Source: Candidatus Sumerlaeales bacterium (GTDB lineage: Bacteria; Sumerlaeota; Sumerlaeia; Sumerlaeales; Sumerlaeaceae). From it: a stretch of 44,807 nt of DNA. Every line of letters starts with the position of its first letter. The stretch's first letter is position 1. The stretch is taken from contig JBBSQY010000027.1 in assembly GCA_038243585.1 (NCBI GenBank), positions 1-44,807 of the forward strand, in the 5' to 3' direction. Below are positions 18,880 to 27,822 of this stretch, piece after piece. Both the position numbers and the translations under genes were made by a program. The notes under the pieces are model-generated. The model searched no databases and was not told the origin of the DNA. It saw only the letters and a program-made list of their open reading frames with translations.

Positions 18880-19560
18880 ATGATGACAACAGAACCAATG
18901 GAAATAAAGCTTGTTCGCCTGCAGATCTCTGAAATTTATCTTTCAGTGCAGGGAGAATCTACGTGGACAGGGCTGCCTTGCACTTTTATCCGGCTTACGG
19001 GTTGCCCGTTGCGCTGTACTTATTGCGATACGCAGTATGCGTTCTTCGGCGGGCAAAAGATGGAACTGTCGGCGGTCATTGATCGCGTGCGAGAACTGGG
19101 CTGTCGGCTGGTGGAAGTGACTGGCGGCGAACCGCTGGCTCAGCCGAACTGCATTGCGCTGCTTGACGCTCTGGTGGATGATGGATACACGGTGCTTCTG
19201 GAGACCAGCGGGGCTTACTCTGTAGCGGCCGTGCCGCAGGCGGTGGTTCGCATTGTGGACCTCAAGGGGCCTTCCAGCGGAGAGATGCACCGCAATTTTT
19301 ATGAGAACATGGACCTGTTGCAGCCCCATGATGAAGTGAAGTTTGTGCTCGGAAGCCGCGAGGATTATGAATGGGCGGTGGCCCAGGTGCGGCAATACGA
19401 ATTAACGGCAAAGGTTCGGGCTGTGCTGTTTTCCTGCGTGTTTGGCAGCCTTGAGCCCGCTACCCTCGTGCAATGGATGCTGGATGACCAGCTTAACCAG
19501 GTCCGATTTCAGTTACAGGCGCACAAGTTTATCTGGCCTCCCGATATGAAGGGCGTTTAA
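18880..19560 (+). CDS. queE: 7-carboxy-7-deazaguanine synthase (radical SAM)
   Basis: SVQGE, FIRLTGCPLRCTYCDT, VTGGEPL, LETSG and QLQAHKFIW motifs. Confidence 0.9.
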   Translation: MMTTEPMEIKLVRLQISEIYLSVQGESTWTGLPCTFIRLTGCPLRCTYCDTQYAFFGGQKMELSAVIDRVRELGCRLVEVTGGEPLAQPNCIALLDALVDDGYTVLLETSGAYSVAAVPQAVVRIVDLKGPSSGEMHRNFYENMDLLQPHDEVKFVLGSREDYEWAVAQVRQYELTAKVRAVLFSCVFGSLEPATLVQWMLDDQLNQVRFQLQAHKFIWPPDMKGV

Positions 19561-19572
19561 CGCGCCGGATGC

Positions 19573-20925
19573 ATGAAAGTGAAAATGACTAATTACCCTT
19601 ATGATATCGCCATAATTGGCGCCGGCGCGGCCGGTTTGACTGCCGCCATTTTTGCTGCCGAGGAGGCCGTGCGCCTTGATTTGTCTCTGCGCATTTGCCT
19701 GATCGATGGCTCAGCGAAGCCAGGAGCAAAGATTCTGGTGAGCGGCGGCGGCCGTTGTAACGTTACCAACGAGGCTGTTGCGCCGGAGGATTTTAGCGGA
19801 GGATCACAGAAGATTATCCGTAACGTCCTGCTGTCGTTTGATGAAAAACGGACGGTAGAGTGGATGGAGTCTATCGGGGTGCCGCTGAAACTGGAACCTA
19901 CTGGAAAGTATTTTCCAGAGAGCGACAGCGCCCGCACGGTACTGAACGCTCTGCTGGCGCGCGCGCAAACCCTGGGCGTCGAGACGCGGTTTGGCTTTCG
20001 TGTCCGCGAGCTAAGCCGTAATGAAGAAGAGCCGGGCTGGGTGATCAGCAACGCCGGCGATGAGGACGATCTTACGGCGACCAAGGTGATTGTCGCTACG
20101 GGTGGGCGGGCGCTTCCGAAATCGGGGAGCGACGGGGCCGGTTATCCATGGCTGGAACGGCTTGGCCATACCATCGTCCCGACGGTGCCGGCGCTGGCAC
20201 CCCTGGTGCTGGATGAAAATGGGTTTGCGGATTCTCCACTCAGCAAGTATTTCGCTGAGCTTTCCGGGGTTACGCTTGAGGCTCAACTGGAATTTGTGGT
20301 AGATGGACGGCGGGTGGCCAGCTTCATCGGGTCGACGCTGTTCACGCATTTTGGCCTTAGCGGGCCCGCGCCTATGAATATGTCGCGGCATATCGCGCGG
20401 CACAGGCAGGCAAATCCGGATGCCGACCAGGGACACCTGCTGATCAGTCTGGGGGTGCCGCAGGAGGCGGGGTGGTCGACGCAGCAGTATTTTGCCTGGG
20501 CAGACGAATGGTTGCTTAAACAGATTCGGATGCATCCTACGGCGAGCCTCGTGAACATTTTGCGCGCTCTTTGTCCCATGCAGATGGCGGATTGCGTATC
20601 CTCTGCGGTCAGGGCTGAGCGCATGAGCGATGTGACACGGCCGGAGCGCTTGTTGCTGGCTAAGCTTATCAGCGGCTCTCCGTTGCGGGTGAAAGAGGAT
20701 CGTGGTTATTCGTTTGCGGAAGCCACGGCGGGCGGCGTGGCGCTGGGCGAGGTTAACTGGAAAACGATGCAGTCGCGCAAAGCCGACGATCTTTATTTGT
20801 GCGGAGAAGTGCTTGACGTGGACGGGCGCATCGGCGGATTTAACTTTCAGTGGGCGTGGGCCAGCGGATTTCTTGCGGGTCGAGCGGCGACTGGCGGAGT
20901 AAAAGGTGATAAGGTCATAGCGTAA
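19573..20925 (+). CDS. HI0933/BaiN family flavoprotein
   Basis: IIGAGAAG, KILVSGGGRCNVTN, LFTHFGLSGP and GGFNFQWAWASG motifs. Confidence 0.93.
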   Translation: MKVKMTNYPYDIAIIGAGAAGLTAAIFAAEEAVRLDLSLRICLIDGSAKPGAKILVSGGGRCNVTNEAVAPEDFSGGSQKIIRNVLLSFDEKRTVEWMESIGVPLKLEPTGKYFPESDSARTVLNALLARAQTLGVETRFGFRVRELSRNEEEPGWVISNAGDEDDLTATKVIVATGGRALPKSGSDGAGYPWLERLGHTIVPTVPALAPLVLDENGFADSPLSKYFAELSGVTLEAQLEFVVDGRRVASFIGSTLFTHFGLSGPAPMNMSRHIARHRQANPDADQGHLLISLGVPQEAGWSTQQYFAWADEWLLKQIRMHPTASLVNILRALCPMQMADCVSSAVRAERMSDVTRPERLLLAKLISGSPLRVKEDRGYSFAEATAGGVALGEVNWKTMQSRKADDLYLCGEVLDVDGRIGGFNFQWAWASGFLAGRAATGGVKGDKVIA

Positions 20926-21038
20926 GATTGTAGAGTGGCGAACGCAGCAGAGATAATCGGAAGTCGTTCATCTCTCACTTTAGTTTCTCACGTTCTCGAG
21001 CACCTTCTCAGTTTCTCACATAATATCTGGAGATTTTC

Positions 21039-22013
21039 ATGGCAAAAAAAGCTTTAATTACTGGCCTTACCGGGCAGGATGGATCATATCTGGCGGAATT
21101 TCTCCGGGACAAGGGCTACGACGTTCATGGGCTTTTGCGCCGATCAAGCCAGCAGATGGAGCAGCGCGTTGGGGCTATGGAACAGTATGTAACCATCCAC
21201 CATGGCGACCTGACTGACAGCCTTTCTCTTCGCGAAATCCTGAGCAATGTCCAGCCGGACGAGATTTATAACCTGGCGGCGCAAAGCCATGTGGCCTGGA
21301 GTTTTCAGACGCCGGAAAGTACCTTTGACATTACGGGGGCGGGTTGCCTCCGCCTGCTGGAGGCCATGCGCCAGACCAGTCCGCAGTCGCGTTTTTATCA
21401 GGCGTCTAGCAGTGAGATGTTTGGCCTGGTTCAGGAGACCCCGCAAACGGAGCGTACGCCGTTTCACCCGCGCAGCCCTTACGGCGTAGCAAAAGTGGCG
21501 GCGTTCTGGGCGACGGTTAATTATCGCGAGGGTTACGACCTGTTTGCCTGCAACGGCATTCTGTTTAACCATGAAAGCGAGCGGCGCGGGGAAGAATTCG
21601 TGACGCGAAAGATCACCATTGCCGTGGCCAAAATCGCGCTTGGTCTGCAGAAGAAACTGATGCTGGGGAACCTGGACGCCAAGCGGGACTGGGGATATGC
21701 TCCTGAGTATGTGGAGGCCATGTGGCTGATGTTGCAACAGGATAAGCCGGAGGATTTCGTCATCGCCACCGGCGTGACGCGTTCAGTACGAGATTTCTGT
21801 GAGGCCGCGTTTTCTCATGTCGGCTTGGACTGGGAGAAATATGTGGAGATCGATCCGAACTTTTTCCGGCCAGCGGAAGTGAGCCTGCTTGTGGGCGACC
21901 CAACGAAGGCAAAAACGCAATTGGGCTGGGAAGCGAAAGTCTCGCTGCAAGAATTGGTGTCTAAAATGGTGGACGCGGACATGAAGCGGCTGAAGGATTG
22001 TCAGCCAGGATGA
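21039..22013 (+). CDS. gmd: GDP-mannose 4,6-dehydratase
   Basis: [37 protein letters not shown] and RDWG motifs. Confidence 0.97.
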   Translation: MAKKALITGLTGQDGSYLAEFLRDKGYDVHGLLRRSSQQMEQRVGAMEQYVTIHHGDLTDSLSLREILSNVQPDEIYNLAAQSHVAWSFQTPESTFDITGAGCLRLLEAMRQTSPQSRFYQASSSEMFGLVQETPQTERTPFHPRSPYGVAKVAAFWATVNYREGYDLFACNGILFNHESERRGEEFVTRKITIAVAKIALGLQKKLMLGNLDAKRDWGYAPEYVEAMWLMLQQDKPEDFVIATGVTRSVRDFCEAAFSHVGLDWEKYVEIDPNFFRPAEVSLLVGDPTKAKTQLGWEAKVSLQELVSKMVDADMKRLKDCQPG

Positions 22014-22019
22014 AAAGAG

Positions 22020-22041
22020 GCGCCCCCGGTCAACGGGGCGC
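22020..22041 (+). terminator. Hairpin after gmd (possible terminator)
   Basis: GCGCCCC-N8-GGGGCGC directly after the stop codon; no clear U tract. Confidence 0.4.
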
Positions 22042-22118
22042 TGTAAGGGGTATCTTATAAGCGCTGACTAATTCCAGAGTGGAAACGCTCCTTATTTAGG
22101 TCCGACGTTTCGTGTTTC

Positions 22119-22438
22119 GGGTAGGGATGGCTCACCGAGCCGTCCGAAACGCCAAAACTGAGAAGTCGGCAAGTTGTTTACCGGGGGCGATTCTGGAATC
22201 TTATTGCGATTCGCTTCTCTTGATCTGGCAATTTGTCTGCCGCAAACTCTATGAGGAACGTGTTGAGTAACGTGCGCATTTACAGGTAGGGACGGCTCGG
22301 CGAGCCATCCCTACCCGGGGGTTTTTGTTTGGGTTGGTTGGGGTTCTGTGGCTGAGGCTGTTGTTGAGTAACGTGCGCTTTTGCAGTTTCGGACGGCTCG
22401 GCGAGCCATCCCTACCCGGGGGATTTTGTTTGGGTTGG
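22119..22438. repeat. REP family B cluster downstream of the RAYT gene (copies at 22121, 22286, 22391)
   Basis: GTAG-GGATGGCTC-(A/G)CC-GAGCCGTCC. The 22121 copy is inverted relative to 22391. 22261-22337 and 22362-22438 are direct duplicates. Confidence 0.9.
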
Positions 22439-22897
22439 GGAGATGTCTAATGTGTCACTGTTCCAAATATATGGCCAGTCTTCGGCTTTTAAGACTAAGC
22501 CTGCTCTCACTGGATTTTGTATTATATAGTCGGCTTTCTCACGGGTTTGTTCGTCGTTGCGGAGCCGGTGTTCAAAGAACAATCGCTGCCAGAGAATGCC
22601 GTGTTGTCGGGAGTGCCACCGTTTCCAGTCTTCTATGGTTCGCTCTATTTTCCGGTCGGATGCAAATGTAAATAAACCATGGATGTGATCCGGCATGATC
22701 AGAAAAAGATGAGGATACCATTGTTGCACCTCTTTCCGCTTACGAAGGCTTTCCAATAATGCTGTTGCGGCGGTCTCATTGGCGATCTGGTTTGACCCGC
22801 GCTTGGCGCAGTTGACGGTTATAAAGAAAAGTGAGCCTTCGGGAACCCAGTCCGGCAGGTCGTGATGTAAAGATTTGCGTTTTGGCAGCACGGGCAT
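22412..22897 (-). mobile_element. REP-associated tyrosine transposase (RAYT / TnpA-REP, Y1 HUH family)
   Basis: FFITV, IMPDHIH (HUH), WQ..FFEHRLR and YIIQNPVRAGL...DWPY; flanked on both sides by GTAG palindromes. Confidence 0.92.
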
Positions 22898-23038
22898 TAT
22901 TGATTCTTTCCGAAGGTATTAGGCTGTAGAATGTTGCGCATTGAAATGTTTTTGGCAATGAGATTATCCATTAATTTACAACGCATACGGTTAACGCATA
23001 TGGGTAACGCGGGCGGTTACGGTAACCTTTCCAGTTTC

Positions 23039-23103
23039 GGACGGCTCGGCGAGCCATCCCTACCCGTCCTGTTATTTCGGACGGCTTGGTGAGGTATCCC
23101 GAC
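23039..23103 (-). repeat. REP family B copies upstream of RAYT (one intact, one degenerate)
   Basis: GGACGGCTCGGCGAGCCATCCCTAC at 23039-23063 and ggacggcttggtgaggtatcccgac at 23079-23103. Confidence 0.85.
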
Positions 23104-23105
23104 GC

Positions 23106-24062
23106 ATGATCAAACAGATCGTCACCCGCCCTGCCCGTACTGTTACAGGCTTTGCCGGTGGATTTCGGTATCCGCTGGTGGCGGGGCTGTTTATTATGCG
23201 ACATCCGTCGCTTTGGCCCTGGTGTATTGTTCCGGTGATTATCAACATTATCGTGCTGGTGCTGGTGTGGAACTGGACTGGGGATTACAGCGCGCAACTG
23301 CTGGCGAGCTACGTGACTGACGCTGCCGGATGGTTTTGGGATTGGGTTCGTAAGGGTGCGGGAGTGGTTGCGTTTGTAGGGCGGGTTATTGTGAGCCTGG
23401 TGGCGTTTGTGGTGGTGGGGACGTTCGCAGCGCTGCCGTTTAATGATCTTCTGAGCGAAAAAACCGATAGGCTGGCGGGGGGGTGGACTGATCCTCGACC
23501 GTTTTCGCTGCCGCGCACGGTGTGGGAGCTGACTGTCACGGGCATGCAGGAGGGAAAGCGCATGACTCTCTTTTTGATGATCATTATTCCACTTTTTGCG
23601 TTATCGTTTATTCCCGTACTGGCGCCGTTTGCCCTGGTGCTAAAACTCATTGTAACTGCGCTATTTTTTACGTCTGATTACCTAAGCTACCCGATGGAGC
23701 GACGGGGCGCACTGCTTTTCCGGCACAAGTTCCTGATCGCGCGGCGCTATTTTTTCCCGAGCCTGGGCTTTGGTATGGCGGTGACGTGTCTGGCATTGGT
23801 GCCTATCGTAAATTTTATGTTTTTTCCGCTGGCAGTGGTGGGGGGGACGTTGTTGTTTTCCGATCTGGTGCGTCAGCATGGGGATAATCTGCGCCGCGGA
23901 ATGCCTCCTAGGTTTAATCCTTATGGTCCGCCAGTTACGCCGGGTCATCGGCCGGCGCGACAATCTCAGAGGCGGCGATCGCAGGGGCGGATTGATGCGC
24001 CTGCGGCTCCTGCCATTCCGCCTCCTCCCCCGCCTATCGTCATCGATAGTCCGAAAAATTGA
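23106..24062 (+). CDS. EI24/CysZ-like membrane protein with Pro-rich tail
   Basis: LWPWCIVPVIIN, ALPFNDLLSEKT, DYLSYPMERR and PLAVVGGTLLF motifs. Confidence 0.85.
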   Translation: MIKQIVTRPARTVTGFAGGFRYPLVAGLFIMRHPSLWPWCIVPVIINIIVLVLVWNWTGDYSAQLLASYVTDAAGWFWDWVRKGAGVVAFVGRVIVSLVAFVVVGTFAALPFNDLLSEKTDRLAGGWTDPRPFSLPRTVWELTVTGMQEGKRMTLFLMIIIPLFALSFIPVLAPFALVLKLIVTALFFTSDYLSYPMERRGALLFRHKFLIARRYFFPSLGFGMAVTCLALVPIVNFMFFPLAVVGGTLLFSDLVRQHGDNLRRGMPPRFNPYGPPVTPGHRPARQSQRRRSQGRIDAPAAPAIPPPPPPIVIDSPKN

Positions 24063-25036
24063 AGATTTTTTTTATCATAAACGGTGGCAGGGCACCCGTG
24101 TCTCCAACGTTAATAAGGCGGTTGCGCCACTTGCTGGACGAGGCAGCAGTGGATTATCGGCTGGAGGTTAGCCGGACGCTGGAGGAATCCAACAGCCTGG
24201 TCATGCAGGCGGCCTCGCAGGGATTTGATACCCTTTGGATGGGGGGCGGTGATGGGACTATCAACGTGCTTCTGAACCAGAGTATACCTGCCAATCTGAC
24301 GCTGGGGGTTGTGCCGATGGGCACCGTCAACGCCCTGGCGCGGGCGCTGGGGATCCCTATCAATCCGGAGGAAGCAGTGAAGTTTCTTCTCAAAGCGCAG
24401 CCGAGGGCCATGAATGTGGGATGCGTTAATGGAGAGAGGCTGTTTTTGTGTTTTGCGGGGGTGGGATTTGACGCGGCGGTGGTGCATGATGTGGGCGGAG
24501 CTTTTAAGCGCGTGGGGGGGCGGCTCGCTTATCTGGCTGCAGGCGTGGCGTCGGTGTTTGCTCTGCGGAGGATCGTGCCGTTTGATCTGGAACTGACGGG
24601 CAAGGATGTTTCGCAGGAGCGGAAAAAGTTTTTAGGGCGAGAAGGCTCTACGGGTTCGACTTACAGTCGTGAAGAGTTCGGTCCTATTAGCGACCGGGGC
24701 TATTCTTTTGTTCTCAGCAACATCCGGAATTATGCGGGATTTAATCTTTTCCCGGATGCGCATCCGTGTGCGGAAGCGATGGAGATGTGGCTTTTCAGGC
24801 ATCGCCGTGTGGACGCGATGGCGGCATGGAGCGCCTTGTGTCTGCTGGGTTGGAACCGGGGTCGGATGTACCTGCGGGGTAATGTGGGCCATTACCTGGT
24901 GACGGGGTTTACGGTAAAAAGCAGGCAGCCTATGTATCTGCAACTGGACGGCGAGGCCGTCAGGATGGGCGACGGAACGCGGTATGAAGTGGTGTATCAG
25001 CAGGCGGCGGTTAAGGTGCTGGCGGGGGATGAGTAA
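24059..25036 (+). CDS. Diacylglycerol/lipid kinase family protein
   Basis: GGGDGTIN, PMGTVNALARALGIP, AGVGFDA and QLDGE motifs. Confidence 0.92.
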   Translation: MKIFFIINGGRAPVSPTLIRRLRHLLDEAAVDYRLEVSRTLEESNSLVMQAASQGFDTLWMGGGDGTINVLLNQSIPANLTLGVVPMGTVNALARALGIPINPEEAVKFLLKAQPRAMNVGCVNGERLFLCFAGVGFDAAVVHDVGGAFKRVGGRLAYLAAGVASVFALRRIVPFDLELTGKDVSQERKKFLGREGSTGSTYSREEFGPISDRGYSFVLSNIRNYAGFNLFPDAHPCAEAMEMWLFRHRRVDAMAAWSALCLLGWNRGRMYLRGNVGHYLVTGFTVKSRQPMYLQLDGEAVRMGDGTRYEVVYQQAAVKVLAGDE

Positions 25037-25065
25037 TTGGCCGGCTTCCCGGCTGAAATTGTTGG

Positions 25066-25704
25066 TTAACCTTTAGCCATAACCCAAGTGGTCATGCAGC
25101 GGAGGTTTTGGACGTTGACGGTTTTGATGGGATCGAGAAGCTGACCGTTCAGGTCGCTGGTCATTTGGAGCAGGTTTTCGAGGCTGACAAGATAGCGGGT
25201 GCTGCCGTCGGGAACGGCGTAGCGGCCGGGGCTAAGGGGGCGGACCAGGTGTTCAATCCCAACGGTGGAACCGAGGCGCGCGAAGAACACGCCGCCGGGG
25301 TGGAGGACGCGCCACATTTCTGCGATCATCTGTTGGAAATGGGTATCGTCGCGGGCGAAATGCAGCACGGCGATGGAGAGGACGGCGTCGAAGGAGTTGT
25401 CTGGAAAGGTGATGTTTTCAACGGGTTCAGTCCGGAAGTTTTCAGGCGACAGGTGGGGGGCTGACTGAGCGGCGGCTTGCCGAAGGGACGCAACGGCGGC
25501 GGGGTTTGTGTCGACGGCGGAGACATCGTACCCGCCCTGGAGAAACCACGCCGCGTTTCTCCCGCCGCCGCAGCCGGCGTCAAGGATTCGGTGGGTGTCG
25601 GCGAAGCGGCCTTTGGCGATTTGATCGAGAAGGTAAATGTCGACGCCGCCGATCTGGTCGGTGAGGTGGCGGGTGGATTCTGCGGGGGAGTTTGGCGAGG
25701 GATG
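25066..25704 (-). CDS. Class I SAM-dependent methyltransferase (no canonical start codon; possibly pseudogene or sequence error)
   Basis: The frame extends without stops upstream of the listed ORF and encodes VDIYLLDQ..KGRF..RILDAGCGGGRN (motif I). There is no in-frame ATG/GTG/TTG upstream of 25368. Confidence 0.8.
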   Translation of the reverse strand, partial: HPSPNSPAESTRHLTDQIGGVDIYLLDQIAKGRFADTHRILDAGCGGGRNAAWFLQGGYDVSAVDTNPAAVASLRQAAAQSAPHLSPENFRTEPVENITFPDNSFDAVLSIAVLHFARDDTHFQQMIAEMWRVLHPGGVFFARLGSTVGIEHLVRPLSPGRYAVPDGSTRYLVSLENLLQMTSDLNGQLLDPIKTVNVQNLRCMTTWVMAKG

Positions 25705-25742
25705 TTCTTTTCTGAAGATGATGTGGAGTATGCTGGGAGTGG

Positions 25743-26076
25743 TGTAAGTGGACGGTAAGGTGTTACACAGGCGGGACGCCTATGCTACTTCATACAGAAA
25801 ATCAGGTGGCGTCCTGGAGTGCGTGCTACCTGTTGTCGCCTTTCCTATGCGCGGAGTGCATCAGTGGCATTGCATTTATCTGGAGTCCGACGCCGAGGAG
25901 CAGTAGGCGTCGTCTGGTGTGCTCCGCACACATCCAAGGCGGCGACAGGTCGCACGCACTCCAGGATGTTTTGGTGGATGCTGGGACCGTTGTAAGTGGA
26001 TGATACGATGCTACACAGGCGGGACGCCTATGCTACTTCATACGGGATTGCACAGGCGGGACGCCTATGCTACTTC
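25743..26076. repeat. Composite REP array: family A x3 plus an inverted family C pair
   Basis: Family A at 25766, 26014 and 26051; family C inverted pair at 25810-25842 and 25936-25968. Confidence 0.9.
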
Positions 26077-26088
26077 TGGTGGTTAAAG

Positions 26089-27636
26089 CTAAGCGCCGCC
26101 GGCCATGGCTTTCATTACTCGGGTTTCGTTGATGTCTGGGCCCCGGAGGGTTTCGGCTTGTTTGCCGTCGCGCATTACCACGAGTTGCTCGCTTACGCGG
26201 AGGGTTTCGTCGAGCTCTGAGGAGATAAAGAGAACCGCCATGCCTTCGTTTCGCAGCTTTGTGACGAGAGCTTCAATCTCGGCTTTTGCGCCGACGTCGA
26301 TGCCGCGGGTGGGCTCGTCTAAAATGAGAAGCTTTGGATTTGCGGCCAGCCAGCGGGCGAGGATTGCCTTTTGCTGATTGCCGCCGCTTAGGTAACGTAT
26401 GGATTTTTCGCCGTCGGGGGTGGCTATGCGGAGGGCTTTGATATATTGATCCGCGAGGGCAAGCTGGGCACGTTTGCCGATAGGGCGCCACCAGCCGCGG
26501 CGCGATTGCAGGGCCAGCACAATGTTTTCGCGTACGCTGAGATCGGGTATGATGCCTTCGGTTTTGCGGTCTTCGGAAAGGAATCCAAATCCGAGGCTCA
26601 TCGCCTTGCGGGGGCTGTTGATGCGGACGGGTTTACCCTGGTAGGCCCATCGTCCACCGGTGGATTTGTCGGCGCCGAAAATGAGACGGCCGGTTTCGGT
26701 GCGGCCCGAGCCAAGAAGGCCCGCAAGGCCGGTGGTCTGGCCTGAGTGAAGGGCAAAATTTAAATGTTCGACGCTGCCCTTGCGGCCGGCGTCGTGGGCT
26801 TCCAGCAGCGGTGGCGCGGTTGCGGGTTTGGCCCCATCTTCAGCGCGGGCCTCGATGGTTTCCTGTTCGACGGCTTCCAGCTTTTTAAGCTCGCGACCAA
26901 GCATCTGACCGACAAGTTCTTCACGGGTGAGATCGGCGGCGTTCCATTCTCCGATATACTTTCCGTTGCGGAGCACGGTGATGCGGTCGCTGACCTCGAA
27001 AACCTGATCGAGAAAATGAGTTACGAAAATTAGGCCCAGGCCTTCACTGCGCAGGCGGCGCATGACCTCATAAAGACGGCGCACTTCGTCGGGATCGAGG
27101 CTGGAGGTTGGTTCGTCCAGCACCAGAACTTTTGCGTCGACGTCGAGAGCGCGGGCGATGGCGACCATCTGCTGAACGGCTATGGAGTAGGTTGCGACTG
27201 GTTTGTCGGTATCGAGTTTCAGACCCAGCCGATCGATGGCGGCCTCGGCGCGGCGGCGCATGGCGCGGTAGTTAACCAGGCCGGGGATGCCGCGTTTGCG
27301 GCCGAGGCAGATGTTTTCCGCCACGCTGAGGTGGGGGATGAGGTTCACTTCCTGGTAGACCATGCTCACGCCGAGGCGCTGGGCGTCGGAAGGAGATTTC
27401 GGGGCGATGGCGGCACCGTCGAGCCGGATACTGCCGGAGTCGGGCTTATAGACGCCGGTGAGGATTTTCAGCAGGGTGGATTTCCCCGCGCCGTTCTCGC
27501 CCATGACCGTATGAATTTCGCCGGAGCGCACGGTGAGCGCAACCTGATCCAGCGCCTGAACGGCACCGAAGCGGATAGAGATGTCGCGCATCTCGAGGAG
27601 GACGGGGGCGGAGTCGGGGGTTGAGGACGAAGTCAT
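26089..27636 (-). CDS. ytfR: Sugar ABC transporter ATP-binding protein (YtfR-like, tandem ATPase)
   Basis: GENGAGKS, LDEPT, GLLGSGRTE, LSGGNQQK and LDEPTRGIDVGAK motifs. Confidence 0.9.
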   Translation of the reverse strand: MTSSSTPDSAPVLLEMRDISIRFGAVQALDQVALTVRSGEIHTVMGENGAGKSTLLKILTGVYKPDSGSIRLDGAAIAPKSPSDAQRLGVSMVYQEVNLIPHLSVAENICLGRKRGIPGLVNYRAMRRRAEAAIDRLGLKLDTDKPVATYSIAVQQMVAIARALDVDAKVLVLDEPTSSLDPDEVRRLYEVMRRLRSEGLGLIFVTHFLDQVFEVSDRITVLRNGKYIGEWNAADLTREELVGQMLGRELKKLEAVEQETIEARAEDGAKPATAPPLLEAHDAGRKGSVEHLNFALHSGQTTGLAGLLGSGRTETGRLIFGADKSTGGRWAYQGKPVRINSPRKAMSLGFGFLSEDRKTEGIIPDLSVRENIVLALQSRRGWWRPIGKRAQLALADQYIKALRIATPDGEKSIRYLSGGNQQKAILARWLAANPKLLILDEPTRGIDVGAKAEIEALVTKLRNEGMAVLFISSELDETLRVSEQLVVMRDGKQAETLRGPDINETRVMKAMAGGA

Positions 27637-27719
27637 TTGGCGTTTACCTGGAAATTAACAAATTTGACGGATAGGCGGGAAGAACGCGAAGAAAAAGTAT
27701 TAGCTGGAAAAGCGAAGGT

Positions 27720-27797
27720 GGTAGCCGCAGTCTGGTGATACAGGCTGCGGCTACCTGGTTAGCTGGCGATTCACAGGCGGGACGCCTATGCTACTTC
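27720..27797. repeat. GTAG-bounded hairpin plus REP family A copy between ytfQ and ytfR
   Basis: GGTAGCCGCAGTCTG-N6-CAGGCTGCGGCTACC (27720-27755) and family A at 27772-27797. Confidence 0.8.
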
Positions 27798-27822
27798 AAC
27801 AGCCTCGGGATGCTTATGCTTT

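Noticed and set aside
22412..22897. IS200/IS605 element with tnpB
   Set aside because: There is no tnpB, and the flanks are multi-copy GTAG REPs, which fits RAYT.
25766..26076. Repeated 26-bp units resembling a CRISPR array
   Set aside because: Spacing is irregular (248 and 37 bp), the same unit is dispersed across the window, it has GTAG-hairpin REP structure, and there are no cas genes.
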